The notes beneath the pieces are model-generated. The model searched no databases and was not told where the DNA came from. It saw only the letters and a list, made by a program, of their open reading frames with translations. A stretch of 64,000 nt of DNA from Harriotta raleighana (Eukaryota): NCBI GenBank assembly GCA_050575255.1, contig JBNZDD010013718.1, positions 5,678,334 through 5,742,333 on the forward strand. The letters run 5' to 3'. How positions within the stretch are numbered: position 1 is the stretch's first letter; the number at the start of each line of letters is the position of its first letter. Made by a program: the position numbers and the translations under genes. Below, one piece after another: positions 1 to 14,005 of the stretch.

Positions 1-1526
1 CTATGTGTCTGCCTAAGCAACTCCCTTTGTTCCAATGCTGCTATTCCATTGTACTCGCAAATAGAATAAAAATAATTCAGAAATATTGTATCCTATTGGC
101 AATCGATGTCAGTGAAGGAGTTCACAGATTTCCTACAGCATTTGACTTGTGTAATTCATTATTTGAAGCGTTCTGAGACACCATCCAGCATGGAGGGCGC
201 TATATAAATCAAAGTTGTTGTTATTTATGAATCCTTGGCAAATCCTATTGTGAATAGTGGAGAGCATTCCTCTGGGGGGAGAGCACATGTTCGTCTTCCT
301 TCTAAACTCAGAGAATTCTCCCTGAGTAAGTGGAATACATGCGCAGAAATCTCAGTCTCGTTTGGACACTCTTAGGCACGGTGATGGGTATCCACATGTG
401 TCAGAAACCCACTTGACCACAAAGGACAGGTTGAGAAGAGCATCTTTCGAGCTCTGCTTTAGTACACTACATCGGTCTAAAAACATTCACTCTGAAAATT
501 ATATGGTGTGATCTGCTAAACAGCTCCGACTGTTGAAATTGTAAGTGGATTACATTGAGCCGATGTCTCAATGTGTGAATCACCATTCCAGGAGTACGGA
601 GCAATTCACAATAAACACACATACAGAGTGATTCAGGAGGACAGGCACAAGCACAGTATTGGTTGCCAAGTTTATACAGGTGCAACCCAGCCTTGCAGCC
701 ACAGGAATATGCTGTAAGTATAACCTTAAGTACAGTATTAAAACAATCCTATATTCTTTATTTTTGCTACTTTTTTATGAGGTCGTATTCAATCCAGGGG
801 TCCAAATAGCATTAAATGGATGCTCGGCTGAAGTTTCATAGTCAGCTACAGGAAGTGCAGTCTCTGGCTTTGGAGCTACTTTTAAAAGTAGGAGTACTGT
901 ATTTATTCAGTGGATTCCCCTAACTGGAATTTTCAATTTTCCACCCAAGACAGCAATAAAGATGGAATGATAATAATGGGGTTTTGCTCCAGTAGGAATT
1001 CGTTTCCCTCTGAGAAGCATCCGGATGAAGCACTTCACCATAAAATAAATCCTTGTAAAGCAATACATTGCTCCATGAAAGACAAGCCTCCCACCCGCTT
1101 GAGTTTTTGTTCACATAGCAACATCAGCAGAGCACAAGCTCCACATTCAACTCTTACTCGGGCCCGTGGACACTGATGTTTGGAAACACTGTGAAGCACA
1201 CATCTAACAAGCTGCTCATTTCGTCAACACAAACATTCACAGTAAGTTCAAATTGAAAGAAATGCAAAACAATAACTTTACAGTCAAAGGCGCCAAGCAA
1301 ACAGCAGCACAGCATAAAACATAAGACAAAGACAGATAAGGTCAGTGAATCGAGCAATATAACTTCTCAGCAGGAGATGAACAGGTATGCTACTTCTTTA
1401 TGGTTGCACTTACTCCAATTTTATGAAGATTCTGGTTACATTGCCCATTGAGAGGAATCAGAAAATTGCACCAGATTTATGAGACAATAAAGCTACATTA
1501 TGTGGAAAAAGCTGTATTAAACTTAC

Positions 1527-1632
1527 TTGTGACCAAGTTCGTGCGCAATGGTAAAGGCAAGGTTAAGTCCATTATCTTCAGCAAGCACACACTTTCTTTT
1601 GGCATTGCAGGTTCCTCCAAGGTATGCAATTC
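1527..1632 (-). CDS. ADAMTS17: ADAMTS17 coding exon 8 (first part of zinc-binding motif, not in ORF track)
   Basis: [35 protein letters not shown](N), the reprolysin HExxHxxGxxH motif split by the intron. Sites tttaacag|GA and AA|gtaagt. 106 bp. Exon 9 was not found in 1-1526, so the gene continues beyond the window. Confidence 0.97.
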
Positions 1633-4600
1633 CTGTTAAAAAAAATATTTAAAAAATGGTGATTTGTATGTCATGTATTCAAAGCGAAATTGCCTTTTAT
1701 TCATGGTCTGGTTATAACGGACTGGAGGAGGAATGTGTCAGAACTAACATTAGTTAGGCTTCATTTAGATGCCATCAAACCACTCACAAGGCATGTCCGT
1801 AAATGTTGACATTGAAATAAGATCCTGGGTCTCCATAAAGATATCCTGAGAGCTCTGTGCAACACTGGAGCTGGTACTACAATATCTAGATATCTATCAT
1901 GTCATCCTGTCTCCTGAAATCAGAAACAGAATTTTCTGTCCACATTTTCAGAGCTAGTGTCACTAATGTACAACCAATGACTCCACACTTGCTTACAGCA
2001 TTTAGACCGGCATGATGGTGCAAAGTGAACCAGACCTATATAAAAAAAATGTATCTAAAGCCAGGACGTTTACATAATCCTCTCCAACTGGGCCATTTTC
2101 CAGGCCATCTGGTTGATCATATAAACTTGAATATGCCACGCATTTTATCGTCAGTTGTCGTTAAAGGGACCCGCTCCAGGTTTCTGTGGCACCTTAAAGA
2201 AAGTGAATTCCAGTAACAAATCTAAGACGAAAAAGGATTGCGGGTTTTCACCATCTCAGTGATGTCATCAAACTCACCACAAAACCTGGGAGAGATCCAG
2301 ACCATGTGGGAGAGACTGCCAACGCCTCTGCTATCTTTAGAGCTTATAAATTATAGGGATTGAGCAGTGAAATCAGTCAAGGATACAATTTGCCCTATGT
2401 AGGAACTTAAGATGACTATGATTAAAATTAATCCTGTGCACTGTTTTAACACAAGTTTGTCTTGCTAGGGTTTGGAAGCCAATGCGACGAGTGATATCAC
2501 CAAGTTATTTTTGAAGCTTTACAGATGCTTGGTAAATTAGATATATTTTTAGGAATGCATCTCATGTTCAATAATTGATAATCTTTTATCCTAACTGGCT
2601 TTGGGTGTTAAATGAAGCTTGAATACAGCACATGAGGTACATGAGGAGCTCTCAGAAATAAAATACACTTCATAGCAAAATCCCGTGAGGCACTTTGAGA
2701 TATCTTCCCATTGTGAAAGGCACTATAAATGCAAGGATTATTATTAATAAACAAAAAAGTTATTTGAATTAAAGTTGTAAGGAACCAACTACATCTTGAC
2801 AAATAGGTTGTGTGCTTTGATTCATCCTTTGGGAAGAGTGGGAGGCACTGCAGCTCTGCTTGTCAAAATGAAGCCATTGCATGAATGAAGACATCACACA
2901 TTGCCTGAGTGAGTTGTCACATTATAAATAGTCAAGATACAAGAGTACAGCACCATATAAATTTTAGAGTTTTGGAAGAGCACTGATCCAAGTTGAAGCC
3001 AATACTGAAATCGTTCAATTATTGACTGTTTACAGATGCTGTGAGGATTAGTTCTAATGACCCACTAATAAGCCACATCCTGCAAATTTCCATTCAAAAA
3101 GTCAGGCAATTTCATCCATATTTCAGGCTGCGGAGCACATACAGACCATATACTTAGTGTTTTGAATTTGCTCCCAGTCCTTGAGTTTCCTTTTGGAATT
3201 GCCCGAAAGGGCAAGTTGCCTATTTATTGTGACAGAATCAATTGGCCCTGAGCTAAAAGAGGAAAGTATGGGTAATAATTATACAGTAAATCATGGCTGT
3301 TATCTGTATGGGGGCAGAGGAAGACAGTAAGCTGAGCCAAATTCAACTGAACCATGTTTTTAAAGCAACCGTGTCTAACAGACCGTTTAATTTAAATGAA
3401 ATTAGAAAATAATAACTACAGCTGAAATGTCAAAAGGTTTAATTAATCAAATATGGACTCGGCTCCTTCATGTTGTGCTGTTTTTAAGATGCCGAGCCAT
3501 GACTTTCCTCACACCGTGAATATGATGTGAAACAAGAGGTCAAGATTAATTTATTCTTCCAGCTTCATAGTGCTGATCCAGGCTGAAGTCAGGGTTTGCT
3601 TTCAATATCCTTAATTCACTAGTCACACAGCCAGCTCACAAACAGTATTGACAAACAAATGCTCTCAGGGAAACCACCGGGAAGCAAATTGACTAGCTGA
3701 ATTTTATAGAATGTTATGAATTATAGCTTAACAGAAAGCCATTTGGCCCATCAAGCCTATAAGGATGCAAGTGATAGTTTATCCCAATTCTTCACATTTT
3801 AACAGGACATTTTTACATTGTTTCTCTTCAAATAAGTACTCACTTGATACCTTTCTAAGGCCTGAGCTTCAATAGACAAAAGCGGCAAAGTATTTCAGTC
3901 TAAAATTCTGCGTGGAATAAACAAGGCTTTTAACCTCTTCTTTGGCTGTGCTGATCTGGCCCCAGAACGGCAGCTCAGGAGATGTACTCTGGCAGTTCCA
4001 AGCTCCACAATCAGATGGAAATAAAGTTCAGTTTCCTGTGATTACAAGACACCTGCCGATTACAATGAATCTCACATGTACTCAGTTGGGCGCTTTCTTT
4101 GGAGCAGAGTCACACAAGCATAGCAGCAAAGCGAGAGAGAGTGGTTTGGATCTCTCAGCCAATCTCAAGACATTGGAATCAAGGACATTCATAGGGAAAG
4201 TGCACTCAGAGCAATGGCAGTTTATTTAAGAGTTATTCAAGATCCCCTCTGCAAAGGCCCATCTACATTTCATTCACTGTCAAATTCTTCAATTATTTGT
4301 ACTGTATTTTATATCTTCCTGTTTATGTTTGACTGCTATACTATAGCCACAAATTATATCACAAACACCTGACACAGGCCCCAGGTATGAATGAAACAGG
4401 TCACTGAGCTCATAGCTGAACAGGGCTGAACTTAAGGACAGAATGAGGTTCCAGTTAAATTATCCTGAAGGCTCAATGGTTAAAGAACTCAACGCCTAAA
4501 TTCTTTTCAAGCCAACATCAAACAAAACCCAGAAGGATGACAGGGAAGGACATGTTATTCTAGCTTTTAATGTATATCCAGTTACATTCCTTTCATACTT

Positions 4601-7600
4601 TATAAGGAACGCTTTCAGTTGGTCAAGACCATGTCTCCCTTATTCCTTGCCTTTTAAAATGTTAAACCAAATTGTACAAGAATGACAATCGCCACTCAAG
4701 AATATTGATTTGCGTTCATGACTGAAGCAATGATGAATATCAACATTACTGTATACAGTCAATTGTCTCTGTTGTGTTGTTAAGTCTGATTTACAATTTC
4801 TGGCCTATCGTTAGCAAACTAATGAATAACTTGATGGGGATTATATTTCAAATGGATGCCTGATACAAGAATGTTGCAATAACATTCCCGGATCAGGCCG
4901 GTCCAGGGAGAGACATTTATGGGTTCTGTTGAAGGATTCTGAAAAGCTGTTGGAAAGGCCAATGGAATGGTTTCTCTCAGGGTCTAGGTTTTACTTGCAT
5001 CAGAGTTGCAGCTGATAAATTCAACAGAATAGTCAAAGAACAAAAAAAAGCGCATTTAAAGAGGGATGCATCAAAAGGCAACATTACCTTAAATTTTAAC
5101 AAAACCTCTTTTAATATAGGGAAACCTCAGCATGGCTTTATGTCCCGTTACACAATGTGCTGGGGTGAATACTACAGAACAAGAATTAGAAGGCGTGGAA
5201 CTGTCGTAAAGGGATATAAGACAGCATGGGTGAAGGGACGAATAAAAGGGCAAAGGCAGTAATGTTTAAAATGAAAGGGTGGCATGGGGAGAGTGGGAAT
5301 TGAATGCTCAGTAGGATCAATAATAATGCCCAGCGGGGTTATGAAGAAAGACTCATAATATAAATATTAATCTGTGAGGTGACCTACAGTATCGCCCAGT
5401 AATTAAAAGGGTTTTTCAAACAACATTTGGGCACACTGAGATGTGCACTGAGAGTGCCAGATTTTCCCAGTCTCCCTCATTCTTCCTGCTGGGAATCCAA
5501 CAATAAAAGCTCTCTGGATCTGCATAAACAACACACACACATACACACACACACCATCTCCTTGGCATCTGCGCTTGAGTCCACATGACATCCTCTTTGT
5601 CAACTTCTCTGCTGGAAACTGTGATATCAACTGATTTTCAAATCATCTTCTTTCCTTTCTTCTAATTCTCAGCAGCAGGTTCATAAAATTTATAGAACTG
5701 GTTACTATCATTGTATCATACAGTGAATAAAATCACATCAGAAAGTCCTGGCAGGATCTCTGTATTAAATATGCAGTTTGATAAACCAAATCATCAACTA
5801 ATGAATTCCATTTATTCTCTCTATATCGGTCTTGAAAAGCTTTCTGAAAATCTACCTCTTCGACCATGCCTATAGATATCTCTCTGCTCAAACCCCCCAA
5901 CTTCCTTGCTCAGTGATTATCTCTGTAAAATACTCTAGAAACATTCCCTGATGTGAAAGTCACCAGTACAAATGAAAGCTACTATTCAGTATATTCAAAA
6001 CCGTGTTCCTCCCTTGGACAACAAGAAATATCCTGCTTTACATAGAAAATTTGGTATGAAGTCTTACATGTTACACTCTGAGCAACCCAACTGATGCTCT
6101 GTGGTGAAGCAGTGTTGTAAATGCTTTGGAAATCTATATGCAGGTCCATGGAAATTTGGGGACTGTGGAAATTTCTTTAAAACGTCTTGAACCTAGTCGC
6201 CGAACTAACAAATCTTTACTCAGAAACCACCTTTACAGAAAGGCCACTTTAGTCTAGTCTCAGAGTGGATGCTGAAAACAGGTTTGACTATATTGGATTA
6301 ATTCACCGACTTACTCAGTATCATGAGCCGAGTTTAAACAACTCACTTTTATATGGTGCCCATTATATAGAATAATAACTTGGAGCTCTTTATAGTGGTA
6401 GAAACAGAAGCTGAGTAGTGGGAAGGGGGCAAAACAAGTACCTACCGTAAGCACGGTCAAAGAGGTTGATGTTAAATGCCATCCAAACCAATCTTGTGAT
6501 CCACAAATAAGTTGAATAGCAAATTTAAAAATTTATGGTGGGGAAAATAAAACCTTCCCTTATATTCAGAACTGTACACAGGGCATATCTTTGGCTGACC
6601 AGTTTTGACCAGTGTCCCTTTCTAACCCTGGTAACCTTTGTCATGTCTTCATCCTCCTGGCTGGAGATTGGCAATGACTTTTGTATTGGGAGGTGCAGTG
6701 GAATTACAATCGTTTAACAAATGAAATCCTGACCACTTGAAAGCAATGTCTTGAAGCTCAGATCAGAATCATGCAGATTTGAAACAATGCGAGTTTAACC
6801 TTATCTTTTTACCTTAATGATGGAAGGCAGTCATTAAAGAATTCCCTGAATAGTCTGCATTCTTTCTTTGCTTGGATAATATTGTTAGTATCTGCCCTAG
6901 TTAATGCCACGGCAGCTCATTTACAAGCTGATGGGGGTTGGTGGGCCTCCACTAAGACATCAAACGTTACTGGGTCATTGATAAAAGAAACTACACTGTA
7001 ACTCACTGAACCAAACAGTTAGAAGTTTACTTCAATATCCTAATTTTCTATTTCTATTCTTTTGATGCAGTACACCTGAAAGCCCAGATTTGTCCTCATC
7101 CTTATTAATAATAATAATTATCCTTGCATTAAATATAGCATTTTATCACACATTGAAATGTCTCAAACCGTTTCACAGAATATACTGTAAAGTGAATTGA
7201 CTATTTTGTGTGAATTGGAGATGTCAATGGTCAGCGACTTGAAAAGCACCTGCGCAATCTTGAAAAACAACTGTCAATGAACATGAAGGTGTACTCTGCA
7301 TCTTTTTTAAACCAGTATTCTTTCAAGGACAACTTTCGAATGGTAAGCAGCAACCAGTACGATGTTTAGCTCCCAAAGCAAGTTAACCAATTTGCAAAAC
7401 GGGGAACATATATGAATGGTTGTGCATCTGCCAAAACCAATCTTGCTGTTGCTTGAATGTATAGCTGCAGAAAGTGTGACTGAAATGTCATCATATCCTT
7501 AAGTTTCACATAGCACCTTTCATATCAGAAAGACTTCAAGATGGTGTTAATGATGGCATGGAAATGGATTAATTATTTCATTCAACATTTCAGTCAACTT

Positions 7601-8315
7601 CTATTTTACTCAACTCCTTTCACGATGCAGTATTTTATGTTGGGAAAATTCGGGACAATGCAGTCATTATTTCATGAGTGATGATTAAATTGAAAGCACA
7701 TTCCTCAGGAATAGTCGCAAAGCTTAGAAACTGATTGCTAGATAGGAAGTGGTTGATAAGGACATGCCGACAAGTTTGCCCACATAAAAGGAAAGTATTC
7801 AAACCAAGAGAGCTCTAGATTTTAGATTAAGTGGTAAACTGTTGCAAAATATAATTCTCCAAAGTGCCTTCCACCTAGGAGCCCTGGAGCTCTGGAGCCC
7901 TCATTTGCTTTTAGCAAAGGTTAATCTAAGGCCAATGAATTATTATGTCTATAAAATAAATGGTTATTACAGGAATGCAATTTGTTTTCAAAAGTGGCTT
8001 ATTTGTAGACAATACTTCCCCAGAAGCCTGACGATAGCTGGTTGTATTTCTGCAGAAGAAGCTATTATATTAAGCCATTATTTTTACACAACCCCACTGA
8101 CAACACAGTTTTTGTGGTGACTTGTACTACTAGATTCAGCAATCACTTTTTATTAGCTTTCGTCAACAAATAATCAAACACAAGTCAATAATTGTGATAT
8201 TACTTTCTGTAAACTAACTCTATTCAGATTTAATGTGGCCTTTTAAAATGTGCTTTGTTCATTCCAAACGGTCACGCATGAAAAATAAAGAGAACCGGGC
8301 AAAGCATCTTCAATA

Positions 8316-8904
8316 CAGATAGACCCCGCTTAATGTTGTAGTTTGGTTCCTCAAAAGTGCGACTTTAAGCGAAATGACGTTAAGCGAATAAATTATTTCC
8401 ATAAGAATGAACGTAAAAACTGGAGTTAGGTTCTTATGGACATTTTTCAGCAAAAGTTTCTAAAAAAAAAATTATACTCGCTTCCTGACTGCCTGCCCTG
8501 CTCACTCACTCGCTGCTGGTCTCTCTCATTAATAATAATAATAATCCTTGCATTTGATATAGCGCTTTTCACATCTTATCAACGTCCCAAAGTGCTTCAC
8601 AGAATATACTGTAAAGTGAATTGACTGTATATTTGTGGGCGGAACGCGGCAGCCAATTGCGCACAGCAGTGTCCCACAAACAGTCGTGGATTGAAATGAA
8701 CAATTTTCTTATTGTTTTTTTTTTGAGGGATTATCATTGCCAGCATGGCTCACTCCCAGGTCCTGGCACCGTTCATGCCCCATTTTCACCCGCTGTAATG
8801 TAATAGTGAACATGGCAATGTTAAATGAAAATATGCTCCCAATGTATTAGCAATGTAATAATGAAGAAACATTAACCAAGGTGACGTTAAGCGTGGTCTA
8901 CTTG
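8316..8904. mobile_element. Tc1/mariner (Tigger-like) non-autonomous DNA transposon with nested SINE
   Basis: Terminal inverted repeats CAGATAGACCCCGCTTAATGT and CAAGTAGACCACGCTTAACGT (17/21 match), with TA on both flanks (8314-15, 8905-06). Confidence 0.7.
8529..8735 (-). mobile_element. SINE, 5'-truncated, inserted in the MITE
   Basis: Close match to the body and (TTA)n tail shared by the SINE copies at 18174, 40452 and 46840. Confidence 0.85.
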
Positions 8905-11900
8905 TATCGTCATTGAAATTAATCCCAGTTTCAATCTAGTAAATTGACATTCTCCAAGTGTTCTTTCTAAATAAAACATTAGATTGCCAGCTGTCACAGC
9001 CACAGAAGAAAGCTACTGTATCAATCGCTCGGCCTTGTTGTCAGATTTTGGACAACAAACTAATACTCAAACTACTCTTAAACACTAACATAGTTAACAA
9101 TCGAGACAAACGTTGAAATAACTTGGCTGCCTGGCACTCTCCAGCTGTGATACAACACGTTCTGAGACAACAAGACTGAGTCAGGTCAGTATATTGAAGA
9201 TCCTTTGCCTGGTGCAAATTCTCTTCATTCTTCATGCGTGACATTTTGGAATAAGCAAATCACGTTTAAAAATGTGAAGGGAACATCTGCTGAGAGTGAA
9301 TGCAGAGATCTTCTCTTGTTTCTGATCAACAGCAATTCATTTAAATTCAAATTCCACAAGGGAAGAGAAGATACAATCTTTTCATCACGTCCACACAGCA
9401 GCCAGAACTGTATGAACTGACAGAATTGCAAGCAAACATGTTTGATGTTTTTTTTCTGATCTATAAGCAGACATCCCCAGGCATTGCAGTCTATCACTAA
9501 CTTGACATTTAGACATTGGAAGAGAACCTCTTTTTGCTATTGCCAAATTGAAATGCCTGTCAGGTAAAAAACATTGAAAGATGCAAAGAATACAGATTAA
9601 TGTTTGCAGCTGCAAAAAGGAAATCTGCCTAAACACGAGGCTTCTATTTTGATTCAACAAGTTGAGATTCATTTTTTTTTGAATATATCAATGAACTAGA
9701 ACTAGAAAATATGGGCAAAAAAAAAGCTCAAACAGAAACAAATGAACAAAACTCTGGTAGATATATATTTATCATTGTTACAGTAATTGCTAATTCCAAT
9801 GAAAATTGCTAGATTTTGAATTGCAAAGATATTCTATTTGCATAAAGATATTGTTGCTGCTATATCTCCATCTTTATTGATACTGTATCATTCATCTACA
9901 AAATAGTCATAGCACTTTACAGCAAATTCTGGGAAGTGCTTCAAGATGTCCTCCTGACATGAAAGAGTGCAGATCAATTGTAAGGATTAATCGGTGGATT
10001 ATCTGGATTGAAATCAACGCAATTTATTTTTGATTGAAAACAATTTCTATTGACGAGTTCTCATTGAAGTGAACAAGTAAATTGTATAAATACATGTACA
10101 AAGCATAACATCCTTTTTAATTTTGAAACATAATTATAAACAGAAAAACATAAACATAACATAATTATGTAACATAAGTGGGTTTGTTGGGAGACCACAC
10201 TGAAGGACACAACGGACTCGATTCAGATCAATACCCCGCCGCAAGAGTTTCATTTTACCCCCAAAAAATCTAACCTGTGAATTCTGACGATTAACAGGTT
10301 TAGGACACACGCCAGCACCGTTTGTGGGTAAATCTGGTAATGGTTTAGAAACAGAGTCATCTTCTCAGGCTGCTAACCAAACCCAAATTATACCAATCCA
10401 TCATACTCCTCCAGATATTTAAACATAAAGAAAATTTAAATCAGCTTTCCAATTCCACTGCTGCCCAAAGAGAAACCACATAAGCTTTTGAGTTTGCTGG
10501 GTTCTTAAGTCTCAGCATTTTGAAACTATCACAGGCAGATTTCCATATCCTTGTCTTGTTACAGTGCAATGATTATAATTACAGGAGGACTCAGTCCTCT
10601 GGGACATCCACAAGCTATCTTGTGGGGCACTTTGAAGTTGTAAAACGCCCCAAACAAGTCTCATTTTAATTATGACCGGTGAAACCAGTTTGGAGCAAAG
10701 TCAGGAAACGGCTTAGGGTTATGGGTTCCCCCCTTCGGTATGCAAGAGGGGAAAACAAATTCTAGAGCCACACAAATGAGATGAAATTTAAAAAATAAAA
10801 ATTTTGAAGATTGCAAAACGTACTACTTCTGCCTAGAGTTTTTTTTAATCGTTTAGGATTCTTTAAGAATAAAAAAAGTTATGCTTAATAGCATAAGAGA
10901 TGAAGTAATAAAACCAAATGGTCAGGGTATTATTTGAGTTTCCAGCAGTCCAGTAGTCCAAGCTAGGAAGCTGTGTCAATGTTCGGCTATACACAAAGTC
11001 ATATCTTCATTAGATACAGTATGTGCACAGGTCACATCATACTGACAGGTGAAAGCAGTCAATGTTTTCGTTGAATAGATTTTTGGGAGAGTTCAGTGGC
11101 AAAATTGAACCAGATACATACTATATTAATGTAATCTTGAATATGGTTTTAATAAAAAGATGAAAACTGTTTTGATGGTGCTTAAAAAGATAAAGGATAT
11201 GAAAGTATTATGAAGATGCAAAGGTTAGCTTCTCTCGCCCCCATAATAATAATTCTTGTACTTGATATAGCAGCTTTCAGGTCAGATGGACGCTTCAAAG
11301 CGTTTCACACAATTTACTGTAAAGTGCAGCAACAGTATATTTTACACATTAAACAATCCAGATGACCTCTTGTAGCAGGCTGAAGTTTAAACAACTGAGT
11401 TGGCAGATTGCCTATGAAGCAAGATCCCCAAATAACCCCTTTCTTGCAGTCAGCAGAAAGTCTGCTGTTTCGGGTGCTCTCATCCAGATTCGAGACAGGG
11501 GAGGAACTGTGCGTTTTGTAGGTGACATTCAACCATCGGTGTATTATTTTTCTGTAATATTAAGAGATCCTTTACCTTAGCATCACAGTGTGTGAGATGA
11601 AGTATGAGAATCAATTGGTCAGGAAAGCTCTGCTGCAAATCAGTTCACTAAAAAGTGCCACAACTTTTCCACACTAAACCAACATAAATAAACACCAGTC
11701 ACTCAAAATGGAAAGGGCAGGAGTAAGACATGAGGAAGGAATACAAGAACTGGAGTGGCACCCTTATTCCATGCCTGCCAGGTTCGACTATAGAGACCTT
11801 GTTGAGTTTGTTCACTTGGCTTGATTGCTGTGCACTTAAGTGTTAGTAATTATGAGGTGGTGCACGGTATGTATTCATCTATAGCTGGCGGCAGATCAGG

Positions 11901-12892
11901 AATAGGGACTAGGTCATATTTTTCCTGGCTTTTCTGTGGCCTCGGGGAACACAAAATGGCTCTATGAGTTTGCTTCTCTTCCTGACATAATGACAAAGTG
12001 CAAGAAGTAATCTGTTTAAGCCATATTCTGGAATATTTAATTAAAAATTCTATTTAATGACAGTTTCCCCCTCCCTCCCCCATCCTCCTGATTTTTAATT
12101 GTGATTATTTATGGGGATTTGAACTTTAAATGGCCAATTATCTGCTATTTTATACTCATGGATCGTAATTGCTTTGGTTGGAGGGATTTTGTCATCTTAG
12201 TGCATACTTCCAATGTAACCATATAAATATCTAATGTAAACAGAGCAAATGCATTCCTTGTGTTGTTTAAGACAAAATATAAATACGGTCAAAGCTGTTA
12301 TTTAATGATGCACAGAAATGTGCATGTAAACACACATGTTTCAGTGTTCCAAGCCACTGACAAACCTATTCTATTTTCACTTCTAAAGCATCAACTCACA
12401 TTGCTTCAACAGGCGTTTCTTGAAGACATTCAAATGTCTTCCCGTTGGGAATTTGACAAGAGACTAACTGGAATTGGGATTGTAGGACCCAAAAGGACCC
12501 TGGTCAACAACAACAACTTTACATTTTTATAGCAACTTTCACATTAGGAGGTCATCCCAAAGCACTGGATAATCAGGTGTGTGAAGGGCAATTATAGGAG
12601 AGTTACCAAGAACTAATTTATTTACGCAGAGGTTAAACAACAACTGATATAGGTAGCCAAACAGGGACAATTCAAGCAAGGACACTGGCCTCAATTAAGA
12701 TGCTGCTTTGGAAAGACAGTAAGGTTGATATTCTGGACGGATGAAAGCATATCGGATGAAGGGCTCCTTGACAAATTAATCAGAAAAAAAAAATATTTCA
12801 CATGCAAGCTCCAGGCACTGAGATGTAATAATAGACATTCAGATACTGTATTAAACTGGAATTTAAAAGCTGCAAACTAAACTCATGGAGCT

Positions 12893-13425
12893 GCTCTCTC
12901 CCGCACCAGGCTTCGAGACCACATCACTCCCACTCTCGCTCGTCTCCACTGGCTCCCCATCCCCCAGAGGATCGACTTCAAGATCCTCATCCTCACCTAC
13001 AAGGCCATTCACGGCCTTGCTCCCTCCTACCTCTCCGACCTAATATCCCCCTATCTACCTGCCCGTACCCTCCGTTCCTCTGGCTCTGGTCTGCTCCACA
13101 TCCCCTGCCCTAACCGCCCTACCATTGGCGGCCGGGCTTTCAGCTGCTCAGCCCCCAGGCTCTGGAACTCCATCCCCCAGTGCCTTCGCCTCGCTCCCTC
13201 CCTTTCCTCTTTCAAGGCCGGTCTCAAGACCTTTCTCTTCGACCGTGCCTTCAGCTCCCCTCTCGACTCTCTACCTCCTCCTTGCTCCCACCCTCCCCCT
13301 CCGCCCTCGCCCTGAACATTTCCCCCTGCTCGGGTCTTAAATCATCTGTCCAGCGCCTTGGGACGTCCTCCTGACGTGAAACGCGCTCTATAAATGTAAT
13401 TTTGTTGTTGTTGTTGTTGTTGTTG
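12893..13425 (+). mobile_element. L2-clade LINE, 5'-truncated 3' end
   Basis: Open frame 12893-13315 reads RTRLRDHITPTLARLHWLPIPQRIDFKILILTYKAIHGLAPSYLSDL...GGRAFSCSAPRLWNSIP...FKAGLKTFLF, the classic L2 ORF2 C-terminus. A 3' UTR and (TTG)n tail follow. Confidence 0.93.
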
Positions 13426-13644
13426 CTCACTTCATTCCTTATCTCTGATCAAACTAATGCAAAAGTAATTGCACATTGTTGTTCATGAGCATAAAATGTA
13501 ATTTAGCCCTAACCATATTAACTCTTCAAAAAGGCATGAACACACACAGGTTTATGTGAATAAGAAACATAAATGTTTGAGCCAGTCACTGCAGGTGCTA
13601 ACTGCTGAAATACATGTAACTCGATTTCATTACAACTGTAATAA

Positions 13645-14005
13645 GATAATAATCCCTTCCAAAACAAATTTGGTTGCTCACTCCACGACTGTTTGTGAGA
13701 CACTGCTGGGTGCAACTGACTGCCACTTTTCACCCACAAAATACAGTCACTACACTTTACAGTATATATAGTATATGGCCCTCCTCTTCGACTGTGCCAT
13801 TGGTCACCCACCCTTCACTCCACCTTTCTTGATCCCGACCCCAGGCTCGGTTCAAAACACTAACTGTCCAGTGCCTTCAGGCATCCTCCTGACGTGAAAG
13901 GCATTATACAAATGTAATTTTGTTGTTGTTGTATCCTGTGAAGATCTTTGTGGCGTCTTGAAGACATGATAAGGCGCTATGTCAAATACATTACAAGGAT
14001 TCTAT
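13645..14005 (+). mobile_element. SINE interrupted by an L2 3' fragment (about 13780-13931)
   Basis: SINE body to 13770, then an L2-like 3' end with (TTG)n, then the SINE tail resumes at tatcctgtgaag (13932). Confidence 0.7.

Noticed and set aside
1-1526. ADAMTS17 exon 9 (LGMNHDDD...)
   Set aside because: Not found on the minus strand in this interval.
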